The notes beneath the pieces are model-generated. The model worked only from the letters and a program-made list of their open reading frames with translations. It had not been told where the DNA came from and ran no database searches. Made by a program: the position numbers and the translations under genes. From the sequence record SRR22947727_3539: DNA of 32,712 nucleotides; one strand, 5' to 3'. This document shows, one piece after another, positions 7,756 through 17,074 of the stretch. The number at the start of each line of letters is the position of its first letter. The first letter of the stretch is position 1.

Positions 7756-8673
7756 ATGAAGGTGAATAATCGAATCAGCCGAATTTTTCGAACCAACAGG
7801 GTTGGCTCATCGAACATACCCTGTTGGTTCGTGGGGATTATTTTTGTGATGTGCTCAGGGTTTGTGGTGGGGCAGCAAACTTTGACCGATGGAAGCGACC
7901 CCGATATGTTGCGCGGATTGCAGGCTGTGAAGTTTGTGAAATTGCGTCCGCGACAGCAAACTATCCCTGCGAATTTTCTGAAGTTTTATCTGACTTTTCC
8001 CGAAAAAATGGAACGAGGTGTGGCTTTCGAGCATCTTTCATTGTTGAAAGAGCTGAAACCTAGCAAGACTGAGCCGGTGCTCGAACCCTTTCGCGAAGTG
8101 GAGTTGTGGGACGAAACTGGAACGCGATTGACGTTGTGGCTGCATCCGGGACGGCAGAAGCCAGGGGTGAATTTGAATGTGGAGTTTGGACCGATTTTGG
8201 AGTCGGGAAACATTTATCATCTCGTGGTTTCAAACGATTGGAAGACGGAGAAAGGCACTGAATTAGGAATTGATTCCGTTTTCTATCTGATGGCTGGTGC
8301 TTCAGATGTTCGCCAACCAAAACCGCAAAAGTGGGAACTTAAGGTGACTCCAGAACAAGTCGCAATTACGCCGTGTTGGAGCTGGAACCCACGAATTATC
8401 GACAAACTGGACCCAATGTCTTTTGTTAAACGAATCACGGTTCGAGACGCTGACGGGAAAGGCGTTCTGGTGATTGCTGACGGCGACCATTTGACAATTT
8501 CGCCTTTGAATAATAAAACTTTTTCGCCAGGAAAATATCAGCTCGTCGTGGATCCTAAACTGGAAGATTTAGCCGGAAACAGCGTGGGGCGGCCCTTCAA
8601 TGTAGATCTGGAGAAGAATCCTGATTTTCAGGAGCGAACAGAACCGGTGATTTTGGATTTTGTAGTGAAGTAG
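7756..8673 (+). CDS. Conserved hypothetical secreted protein with probable Ig-like (Big_5/SbsA-type) folds; start uncertain
   Basis: Long ORF with PANFLKFYLTF..M, ELWD..TRLTLWLHPGR.K.G and YQLVVDPKLEDLAGNS (Ig-like 'DLAGN' motif). ATG at 7756 gives a signal-peptide-like N-terminus ending VVG|QQ. Confidence 0.75.
   Translation: MKVNNRISRIFRTNRVGSSNIPCWFVGIIFVMCSGFVVGQQTLTDGSDPDMLRGLQAVKFVKLRPRQQTIPANFLKFYLTFPEKMERGVAFEHLSLLKELKPSKTEPVLEPFREVELWDETGTRLTLWLHPGRQKPGVNLNVEFGPILESGNIYHLVVSNDWKTEKGTELGIDSVFYLMAGASDVRQPKPQKWELKVTPEQVAITPCWSWNPRIIDKLDPMSFVKRITVRDADGKGVLVIADGDHLTISPLNNKTFSPGKYQLVVDPKLEDLAGNSVGRPFNVDLEKNPDFQERTEPVILDFVVK
7789..7831. repeat. 43-bp palindromic element, best-preserved copy
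   Basis: CGAACCAACAGGGT (7789-7802) and ACCCTGTTGGTTCG (7818-7831) are a perfect 14-bp inverted repeat around a 15-nt spacer. Confidence 0.9.
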
Positions 8674-8689
8674 GTTGGACAAATTGATT

Positions 8690-10186
8690 TTAGGAGTTTC
8701 TCAATTCGAGATCCACCAGCACGCCGTCGGCTGGTTTGGTGGAAACCCCGGCGCTCGGACTGGTGTTTTTATTGACGGCTTGGATTTTGAAAATCTTCAC
8801 GAGTGCTCCCACAACGAGACCAACTTCGAGAAGTCCGAGCGAACGGCCGGGGCAAAAGCGGGGACCGTGTCCGAATCCAAAATGCAGCATGTCTTTTGCT
8901 TTGGTTCCTTTATCTTCCATGACATCCCATCGTTCGGGGGCAAACACGTCGGCTGGATAGCCAGTGATTTCTTCACCCCAAAATTCTTCGCATCGATTGG
9001 AATGCCACACATCGAGGCGAATATGAGTGCCTTTCGGAATCATCATTTTGCGATCGTCTGAGGTCTCGACCCAGGTGTCGACGGTCGCTTTGCGTGGGAA
9101 AAAATAGAGGGCGGGGGTTAACCGGAGTGTCTCTTCGAGAACGCGATTCAGATTGGGAGCTTTTGTGAAGTCTTCGGGGTCGTAGACGTTAATATCTTTG
9201 ACCTCGTCGTAGACTTTTGCCTGCCATTCGGGGCTGCGTGACAAATGAGAAATTGCCCACGTTGCGAACGAGGTGGTGGCTTCCATCGCACCAGCGAGGA
9301 AAACCCGGATGTTGCTGCGTAGGGCGTCGTCGGAGGCTTCGGATTTGAACTCACCCCACAAACCGGGTCCATCGGGGCGTCCTGAAAGGGCGATATCGGT
9401 CAGTTCTTCGAAAGCGGCGGCGTGTTTCTGAAGGGTGTCTTCGCCGCCAAATAATTTTCTCGCAAATGCCTGAGTCCGGGGCGCTACGGTATCTCGCACC
9501 ATGTGATCGATCATGTAGACGAGCGCGGGAACGAATCGGTCTCGCAGGGCTTCATACGATAAATCGGCCCCGAAAAAGTTGTTCACCAGCATTTCCAGCA
9601 TGACGACCTTGATTTCTGGATCGAGTTCGACTGTTACTTGCTAGTTGCCGGAAGACTTCTGGAGAGATCTCAGGGCATCGAGGCGTTTGACGACTGTTTT
9701 TCGAAACGTGGTTTCAAAGCCTCGAAATTTCTGAGGTTGGAACAGGTTTGATTTGCTGAAGGGCTTGGCGACTAGACTTTTCTGGTGTCTCCAAATGGAA
9801 CCATTGGCATAGAGCAGGGAGTCTTCACCGGTGGCGCGCGCGATCCCAGCGGTGGGGCTGGTATCACGATCAAATTGCCCGGGCTTATCGCCCGTGTCGG
9901 CCTGAATCGCTTTAATGATGGCCGGATCCCGAGTCAGGAGAACCGGAGGGAACCCAAACGCGTAAAGATAGCGATTGTGCTTTCTCCAACCGGAAATGTT
10001 TTCAGTTCCGTTGTAAAAAGCCTCAAAAATCCGAATCGGTTCCTTGTAATTCCACGGGAGTGGCACTGGCGCGGCAGGTCGGCCAAAAGCGAAGAGGGGA
10101 ACTCGGCTCGGAAGGCAATCACCACCGAACGGATTTTTGCGACTTAGTTGGTGGAGGATCCGTTTTCCGTAAAGAGGCAGCGACAT
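8690..10186 (-). pseudogene. Cytochrome P450 interrupted by one in-frame TAG (9641-9643)
   Basis: ORFs 9641..10222 and 8690..9601 are in the same frame: SSGN*QVTVELDPEIKVVMLEM. Motifs AGAMEATT (I-helix), EETLR (ExxR), PERW and FGHGPRFCPG (heme Cys). About 498 aa if joined from ATG 10186. Confidence 0.85.
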
Positions 10187-10271
10187 GTTAAAAGTGGGCC
10201 AAAGATTGATCGATGGAAGCACTTATAACATAGCCGCAGCGGGAGTGTTTCGGAAAGAACCTAAATCCGGT

Positions 10272-10676
10272 TTACTTCAAAAATCGATAGGTCATCGGAT
10301 AGGCGTAAGGTTGTCCGTTGCTGGCGGCGATTGCGCCCATGATGGAACAAATAATCGAGATGATGGGAATGGCGATTACACCGATTATACCGACGACGAC
10401 AATCGTCAGCACTGACGATATCAAAAAACCGATTAGCATCGTCAGGTGAAAGTTAATGGCGTCTTTCCCGACAGCGTCCACTGCGGGAAGTTCATCTTTT
10501 TTGATCAACCAACAAACTAGCGGGCCGACGATTCCCGGGACGCTCACCAGCATGCAAAGTCCGGAAAGGTGGGTATAAAGAACCCAGTCTTTAGACTTTT
10601 TGTCGGGAGGAGTGGGTTCAAATGAGGCGCGAGGTCCTTCTGGGGCGGGTGGAGGTGGTGAAGAGTCGGTCTCCAT
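10272..10676 (-). CDS. DUF4870 family membrane protein
   Basis: HLSGL...GPLVCWLIKKDE...GKDAINFHLT...GAIAASNGQPYAYP pattern with three hydrophobic segments. Confidence 0.88.
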   Translation of the reverse strand: METDSSPPPPAPEGPRASFEPTPPDKKSKDWVLYTHLSGLCMLVSVPGIVGPLVCWLIKKDELPAVDAVGKDAINFHLTMLIGFLISSVLTIVVVGIIGVIAIPIISIICSIMGAIAASNGQPYAYPMTYRFLK

Positions 10677-10794
10677 ATGGATGACACATTGAAGGATAGA
10701 AAAAAGAAACGGAACTACAATTTCGGGCGTATTTTGTAAGCCGGAACCGGCATTTCCTACTAAGTGGGAAGCATGTTAGATTAACGAACACATT

Positions 10795-12018
10795 ATGGAA
10801 ACTCCTGAAACAGAATCTCCGTTCAGTCCGGTGGAAGAGCTCATTGCTGATATCCGCGACGGGAAGGTCGTCGTTATTTGTGATGACGAAGATCGCGAGA
10901 ATGAGGGGGATCTAATCTGTGCGGCGGAAAAGGCCGGGCCGGAGGTGATTAATTTTATGATCACGCATGGGAGGGGACTCATTTGTGTGCCGATCCTGCC
11001 GGAAGCGGCTCAGCGTCTGAATTTGCCGCCGATGGTGAGTCGAAATACGGAGACCTACGGAACGAATTACACGGTCGCAGTGGACGCGTCGCCCTCCCGC
11101 GGTGTAACGACGGGTATCAGTGCTAAAGATCGCTCGAAGGCGGTAAAAGTGCTCGGGGATCCGTTGTCGGAGCCGGGCGATTTAGCACGGCCGGGACACG
11201 TGTTTCCGTTGCAGGCAAAGCCGGGCGGTGTTTTGCGCAGGGCAGGGCACACTGAAGCGGCGGTTGATCTTGCTCGAATGGCAGGGCTTGAACCTGCAGG
11301 AGTTATTTGCGAAGTGCTCGACGAAGAAGGTGAAGCGGCGCGGGTTCCTGAGTTGACCAAATTTTCGAAAAAGCACGGGCTGAAAATGGGAACGATTGGC
11401 GATATGATCGAATACCGCCGGAAGCAGGAGCGCCTGATAGAGCAGGTTGAGGTTGTGGATATGCCGACCGATTACGGGGTGTTTCAGCTTCACATGTTCG
11501 TTTCCACGTTGAACCCCGCAGAGCATCACTTGGCGTTAGTCAGAGGCAAGATTGATCCGGAAAAGCCAGTTTTGGTGCGGGTTCATAGCGAATGTTTGAC
11601 GGGTGATGTCTTTGGCTCACGGCGTTGTGACTGCGGTAGTCAGCTTCATTCGGCGCTAGAGCGAATTGATGCTGAAGGCATTGGCGTGCTGGTTTACATG
11701 CGCCAGGAAGGTCGCGGGATCGGCTTGGTCAACAAGATGCATGCTTACAAATTGCAGGAAGGCGGCCTGGACACGGTTGAGGCGAACGAAAAGCTCGGTT
11801 TTCCGTCAGACTTGCGGGATTACGGAATGGGGGCGCAGATTTTGACGGATTTGGGCGTTCGCCAAATCCGGCTGATGACGAACAATCCACGCAAAGTGAT
11901 CGGTTTAGACGGACACGAATTGGAGATCGTCGAGCAGGTCCCCATCAAATTCGACGCGACGCCGGAAAACGAAGCCTATTTGAATACGAAGCGTGAGAAG
12001 ATGGGGCATCGCCTTTGA
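10795..12018 (+). CDS. ribBA: Bifunctional 3,4-dihydroxy-2-butanone-4-phosphate synthase / GTP cyclohydrolase II
   Basis: RibB motifs [30 protein letters not shown]; RibA motifs [36 protein letters not shown]. Confidence 0.98.
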   Translation: METPETESPFSPVEELIADIRDGKVVVICDDEDRENEGDLICAAEKAGPEVINFMITHGRGLICVPILPEAAQRLNLPPMVSRNTETYGTNYTVAVDASPSRGVTTGISAKDRSKAVKVLGDPLSEPGDLARPGHVFPLQAKPGGVLRRAGHTEAAVDLARMAGLEPAGVICEVLDEEGEAARVPELTKFSKKHGLKMGTIGDMIEYRRKQERLIEQVEVVDMPTDYGVFQLHMFVSTLNPAEHHLALVRGKIDPEKPVLVRVHSECLTGDVFGSRRCDCGSQLHSALERIDAEGIGVLVYMRQEGRGIGLVNKMHAYKLQEGGLDTVEANEKLGFPSDLRDYGMGAQILTDLGVRQIRLMTNNPRKVIGLDGHELEIVEQVPIKFDATPENEAYLNTKREKMGHRL

Positions 12019-12092
12019 TCCCCGGAAAAATTCGTTACGTGTTGGTTGCATCCGCCTTTTGGAAGGGTAAAAATTGAGGGCCTTATCATCGT

Positions 12093-12129
12093 AATCCCTG
12101 AATCCCTGAATCCCAAATCCTGAAACCTG
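12093..12129. repeat. Degenerate 7-8 nt tandem repeat (AATCCCTG/AATCCTG-like, about 5 units)
   Basis: aatccctg aatccctg aatccca aatcctg aaacctg, ending 17 bp before the proC ATG. Confidence 0.7.
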
Positions 12130-12146
12130 ACCCCTTCCAAAAAAAT

Positions 12147-12947
12147 ATGACTCTCGGAATTATCGGCTGTGGCAAAATGGGCGGAGCATTGCTCGGCGGA
12201 ATTTTGAAATCCGGCACAGTTGTCGAGGATGAGGTTTTCGTTCACGATGCTTATGCACCGGCGGTTGAGGAGATGGTGAAGACGTTCAAAGTGAACGCTG
12301 CGGGATCAAATGCGAATGTGATCGATTCGGCCGAAACGATTTTGCTGTGCGTGAAGCCGCAGACTTTCCCCGGGATGATGGAGGAAATTGCAGATGCCGT
12401 CGGAGATCGGTTGCTTATTTCCATCGCGGCGGGAATTACGATTGATACGATTGAAGCTGGAACAGGTGGGCGTCATCGAATTATTCGAGTCATGCCAAAC
12501 ACGCCCGCGCTGGTGGGGCGCGGCGCTTCGGCGTATGCATTGGGAAGTTCAGCAACAGCGAAAGACGGTGCGCTTGCAGAACATCTTTTGGCCAGCGTTG
12601 GATACGTGGCTAGAGTCGAAGAGTCGCAAATTGATGCGGTAACGGCGGTGAGTGGAAGTGGTCCGGCGTATTTTTTCCAGATGGTGGAATCGCTGATTGC
12701 AGGCGGAATCGAACAAGGGTTGGATCCACTGATCGCGCGTGAACTGGCCGTTCATACAGCGGCGGGAGCGGCTGAGTTGCTCATGCGAACGGGCGAAAGC
12801 CCCACGACGCTTCGTGAGAATGTGACGAGTCCGAATGGCACCACCTTCGCGGCTCTGGAATCATTTCGAGAAGCGAACTTTGACCAAATCGTGCGGAACG
12901 CAGTGAAAGCTGCTCATGATCGTTCGGTTAAATTGGGCGCGAGCTAA
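12147..12947 (+). CDS. proC: Pyrroline-5-carboxylate reductase
   Basis: GIIGCGKMG, LCVKPQ, ISIAAG, RVMPNTP, TAVSGSGPAY, VTSPNGTT. Confidence 0.97.
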   Translation: MTLGIIGCGKMGGALLGGILKSGTVVEDEVFVHDAYAPAVEEMVKTFKVNAAGSNANVIDSAETILLCVKPQTFPGMMEEIADAVGDRLLISIAAGITIDTIEAGTGGRHRIIRVMPNTPALVGRGASAYALGSSATAKDGALAEHLLASVGYVARVEESQIDAVTAVSGSGPAYFFQMVESLIAGGIEQGLDPLIARELAVHTAAGAAELLMRTGESPTTLRENVTSPNGTTFAALESFREANFDQIVRNAVKAAHDRSVKLGAS

Positions 12948-13004
12948 CGTTCGATTTTTGAAATCAATGAAAGATAGAATCGTCGTAGGACGTATCTTTC
13001 CCTG

Positions 13005-13670
13005 ATGTTTCGTCGACCCATTATTCGTTTGCTGTTGTTCGGTTTATTTTGCGCCTTTGCCGTTGGAATTTTGATTGTCGCTTCCCATCGGTCAGTGGTT
13101 GGGGCGGCTTCGGGAGCGATTTTTGATTCCGTTGCTGACGTTCCAGAGCGCAAAGCAGCTGTGGTGATGGGCTGTGTAAAAGTGCTGCCAAACGGGCGAC
13201 TGAATCTTTATTTCTCTCGTCGAATGACGGCCGCAAAAAACCTCTACGATGCGGGTAAATGCGAATACATCATTGTGACGGGTGACAATGGTCGCGAAGG
13301 CTACGACGAGCCGACTGACATGCGCGATGCGTTGATCGCCGCGGGGATTCCCGAGAGCAAAATCTATCGCGATTTTGCGGGATTCCGCACCTTAGATTCC
13401 GTGGTGCGGGCAAAAGAAATTTTCGGACAAGATGATTTCATTGTCGTGTCGCAGCCCTTTCACAACGAGCGGGCGATTTACATTGGTAAGAAACGGAGCT
13501 GCGAAGATATCGTCGGATTTAATGCTGACAAAGTTTCCGGAAGAAATGGGATTCGTACTCAGCTGCGAGAATATCTCGCCCGTGTGAAAACCGTCCTCGA
13601 TGTTTCGATTTTAGATACCAAGGCGAAATTTTTGGGTAAACCGGTCGAGCTTGGTGGGCCGGTGACGTAG
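13005..13670 (+). CDS. sanA: SanA/YdcF (DUF218) family protein
   Basis: N-terminal TM; GDNGREGYDEPTDMR, DFAGFRTLDSVVRAKEIFG, SQPFHNERAIY, REYLARVK are SanA-type motifs. Confidence 0.88.
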   Translation: MFRRPIIRLLLFGLFCAFAVGILIVASHRSVVGAASGAIFDSVADVPERKAAVVMGCVKVLPNGRLNLYFSRRMTAAKNLYDAGKCEYIIVTGDNGREGYDEPTDMRDALIAAGIPESKIYRDFAGFRTLDSVVRAKEIFGQDDFIVVSQPFHNERAIYIGKKRSCEDIVGFNADKVSGRNGIRTQLREYLARVKTVLDVSILDTKAKFLGKPVELGGPVT

Positions 13671-13788
13671 TTGCCTTTGGTAAATCCCAAGCGGCGGTGG
13701 GGATTGAGTTTCGAAAAACGTGTGGTACAGGCCTTTTTCTTCCCCCGCGACCTAAGGTCAGTATAGTGAGTGACGGCCTGAAACACCG

Positions 13789-15589
13789 ATGAACACACAA
13801 ACTCACTTCCCCGGTTGGGGTGGGCCTCCACGTTCCTCTCTCGCGTGGTCGCTTTGGGCAGCGGCTTTTGCAATCGCATTGTGCGGTGGTAGGGCGGAGC
13901 CATGTTTCGCAATTGATAAAAAGGTTTTGCAACTCGTTGAGGAGCAGAAGTAATTGGAATTGCCTTACGTTTCACCCCCGCCGCCACCTTTGCCTGATCT
14001 CCGGAAGCTGGCGGTTGACCGAACGATCAGTGAATTGTTGGCAGCATCGGAACTTCCTGCCCGTCGCCGCGCCCGATTGAACCGAATGGTTTCGGGAGCT
14101 TATCAGAGCCATGATTTTCAGCCTTATTGGACGGGAGCCATTCCAGATATCGTGATCGAGCGCGTTTCTGATTCGCTGAAAAGTCATGCGTTAGATCTCT
14201 TTTCGATTCCTAATTTTGCGGGCGAAACCATTGTCGAAGGGCCTGTTAAACGAGTCCCGGGGGTGACGATCGATGATATTCGGATCACTCTTCAGGTGGC
14301 TGAAGCGTCACTGTTATTGAAAGAAGGTCCCGCGACGGTTGAATTAATCTGGCCAGCGTGGAACCAGGGAGACACCCCGGGAACGATCAATACGTCAGTG
14401 CATACGGAGAATTTGACGAAGACCTTTTCGCAGCAATTGAACCAATATCGCGATGAACCCGAGCGGATTCTAACTGCGTTTGTTCCGCAAAACTGGATCG
14501 ACACTCGCCTTCGAACGGCGTGGCTTGCCAATGTGGCGAATCCGAATCCTGGGCAGATTTCATTTCGCGGAAATGCCTCGCGCGGCCGGCCTTATCGGCA
14601 GGCCGGGGAGTTGGCTTCATTGCTGGGCATGCAGGGATTTATTGGTCCTGATCGTGCAGAAATTGCCGCAGCATCTGGCGTTTACACATCAGATTTAGCG
14701 GAGGCAGTGACGCAATTTCAGCGGGCCAACGGGCTTAGAGCAGATGGAATCATGGGCCCGAAAACGCTGGCGAAGTTGACTCGAGATCCGAATCGAGACC
14801 GCCAGCGAATCGTTCTCAACATGCACCGCGCCCGGTTGATTCCGAATAAAATGGGGCGCCGTTATTTGATGGCGAGTTTACCGTCGGGAGAAGTTTTTGG
14901 GTTTCAGAATTAAACGGTCGAAACGCGGATGCGCATTGTTTTTGGCCGAAATACCGAAGGCCGCCGCACCCCGATTTTCCGCGACACGTTGGAAGAAGTC
15001 ACTTTTTCGTCCCTACTGGTGGGTTCCAAAAGGAATCGCCGTAAACGAATATTTGCCGCGGGCCTATCGAGATCCGTCGTCGCTTTCCCGTCGGGGCTAT
15101 GAGATTGTAAAAGGCGGATTTGCAGATGCAAAAGCCGTGAGAATCAATTCGAGTGCTCTAAAAGGAGTTGCCGATGGGAAATACATTCTCCGACAACGAG
15201 CAGGATATGGGAACTCACTGGGGCTGGTGAAATTTCGATTTCCAAACGACCACGCGGTTTATTTTCATGACACCCCTCATCAGAGGCATCTTTTCAAATA
15301 CACCGAGCGAGCTCACAGCCACGGCTGCATGAGGCTCGAAAAACCCAAGACGCTGGCGGAGTGGGTTTTGAAAGAAGATCCCGATTGGTCGATTACAAAA
15401 ATCAAAAAGGCGATGGCATACGGGGATCGAAATGTCGCCACGCTCAAAGAACCGATGCATGTGTTTGTCGTTTATTTCACCGCTTTCCCGCTACCGGATC
15501 GAGAAAACGGAATCGCTTTTTTGAAAGACGTTTACGACCGCGATTCGAAATCGCTGGGAGAACTGGTCGATCTAAGTAACACGGAATAA
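13789..15589 (+). pseudogene. YcbB/LdtD-like L,D-transpeptidase with peptidoglycan-binding domain, interrupted by two in-frame TAA codons and one +1 frameshift
   Basis: ATG 13789 encodes a signal-peptide-like segment, TAA at 13951, then the same frame resumes at 13954. PG-binding motif AVTQFQRANGLRADGIMGPKT. TAA at 14911 is followed in frame by TVETRMRIVFGR...RTPIF. A T5 run at 15003-15007 shifts to RPYWWVP...HDTP...HSHGCMRL. About 599 aa if repaired. Confidence 0.88.
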
Positions 15590-15596
15590 CTCGTTT

Positions 15597-15908
15597 TCAG
15601 TCAGGCAGACTTTCTTCGCACGACCAGCAAATCTCAAAATTTCCTGGGTTCGCTTCGTTGCACTTCGGGCAGTTGATTGACTTTTCAACGTCCTCCGCAT
15701 TTTCATCACGGACTTTGTGAATGATCACCATCGCCTTCTCGTAGTCCTCGTTGTTCACCACGCAGAGCGCCGGCCAGAATTCAGGAAGATCGAGCGCGCT
15801 GCTCGCGGAATGCTGATTTTTGATAAATGTATCAATGCCTTCAGATCGCAGCACCGGATCAAAATAGCCAATTTTCCTAAACTCCCGCTCGCGAATCAGT
15901 TCTTTCAT
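15597..15908 (-). CDS. DUF2007 family protein with C-terminal zinc ribbon
   Basis: ATG at 15908; LRSEGIDTFIKN..., WPALCV, then CPKCNEANPGNFEICWSC. Confidence 0.82.
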   Translation of the reverse strand: MKELIREREFRKIGYFDPVLRSEGIDTFIKNQHSASSALDLPEFWPALCVVNNEDYEKAMVIIHKVRDENAEDVEKSINCPKCNEANPGNFEICWSCEESLPD

Positions 15909-15964
15909 AATTGATAGCTTATTGGACGACCGTTCGGTTGTCATCTGTCGAGAAAACGGTTTTA

Positions 15965-16007
15965 CGAATCAACCCTATTGATTCGCTGAACCACCCCTAT
16001 TGGATCG
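15965..16007. repeat. 43-bp palindromic element in a divergent intergenic region
   Basis: TTTTA-CGAATCAACCCTATTGATTCGCTGAACCACCCCTATTGGATCG-TGAA; same 43-bp architecture as the copies at 7789 and 30148. Confidence 0.8.
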
Positions 16008-16085
16008 TGAATAAGTGAGGGGGGCGGGAATGCGGAATTTTTTGAGTCTACAATCCACCGGTCATTCCGTTAAATTCTTAACATC

Positions 16086-17054
16086 ATGAATCTGAAACCC
16101 TTTACTCTTATGATTGCTGTTTGTGCATTCGTTAGTTTTGAATCCTCTTGTGCTGGCGAGGTGAAAATCAAACAAGTCGATGACGGCTTCCGTTTTGAGA
16201 TCGATGGCGAGTTGTTCACCCATTGGCAAACGAAGGATTGGAAAGTTGGATACCTTTATCCTGTCGTGGGGCCGGACGGCGAAAATATTACGCGGAATTA
16301 TCCGATGATTGATGATGTGGAAGGCGAGCAAACGGATCATCCGCATCACCGCTCGATTCGGTTTTCGCATCGGAAAGTGAATGGCTTCAGCTTTTGGGCG
16401 CCGGATTCTCATAAGGATGGGACCACGGCGGAAATCAAATTTGTAAAAGTTGAAAAAATTGACGGGGGCGAACTTGTGATTTGGAATGACTGGTTGGGAA
16501 ATGGGAAGCTGCTGCTGCAGGAAAAGTTGCGCATCAATGTGATTTCGTTGGAAAATAAACAGGTGCTTCTCGATTACGATGTGGAGCTGACAGCGCCGAA
16601 TGAAGACGTGACGTTTTTTGACGAAAAAGACGGAGGCCTCGGGGTGCGAGTGCCGGCATGGATGGTGGTCAAAAACCGCCACACGAAAACCGGGACGGGC
16701 ACGATTTTAAATAGCGAAGGTGACAAGAACACCGATTCGTGGGGAAAGAGAGCTTCGTGGTCATCTTACTTTGGCCCCAACCCGAAAGGTAAAGTTCTTG
16801 GGATCACAGTGTTCGATCACCCCTCAAACATGCGCTACCCAACACATTGGCACGCTCGTGACTATGGTTTGAATACGGCAAACCGTTTCGGGAAAGGCTT
16901 TTTTGAAGCGAAGTCCGGAGCCAAAAAAGGCGATGGCGATTATACTATCAAGAAGGGTGAAACTCTTAAATTGCGGCATCGAATTTATTTTCATCATGGC
17001 GATCCTGAAACCGCGAAAGTCGCTGAAAAGTTCGCTGCGTATGCCAAGGAGTGA
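16086..17054 (+). CDS. Secreted DUF6807 family protein (often mislabelled 'PmoA family')
   Basis: Signal peptide; YLYPVVGPDGENITRNYP, DHPHHRS, KDGGLGVRV, WGKRASW, DHPSNMRYPTHWHARDYGL. Confidence 0.85.
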   Translation: MNLKPFTLMIAVCAFVSFESSCAGEVKIKQVDDGFRFEIDGELFTHWQTKDWKVGYLYPVVGPDGENITRNYPMIDDVEGEQTDHPHHRSIRFSHRKVNGFSFWAPDSHKDGTTAEIKFVKVEKIDGGELVIWNDWLGNGKLLLQEKLRINVISLENKQVLLDYDVELTAPNEDVTFFDEKDGGLGVRVPAWMVVKNRHTKTGTGTILNSEGDKNTDSWGKRASWSSYFGPNPKGKVLGITVFDHPSNMRYPTHWHARDYGLNTANRFGKGFFEAKSGAKKGDGDYTIKKGETLKLRHRIYFHHGDPETAKVAEKFAAYAKE

Positions 17055-17074
17055 GCGTAACTTGAGCGGTCTTC

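Noticed and set aside
10677-10794. FMN riboswitch upstream of ribBA
   Set aside because: The divergent intergenic gap is only 118 bp and I see none of the conserved RFN sequence blocks.
13671-13953. Non-coding RNA in the apparent gap between sanA and ORF 13954
   Set aside because: Most of the gap (13789-13953) is explained as the in-frame signal-peptide region of the broken L,D-transpeptidase. The remaining AATCCC/GGGATT hairpin at 13683-13705 is too weak to call.
16086-17054. Particulate methane monooxygenase subunit (pmoA)
   Set aside because: This is a soluble secreted protein of the DUF6807 type with no multi-TM topology and no pmoC/pmoB neighbours; the family label is a misnomer.
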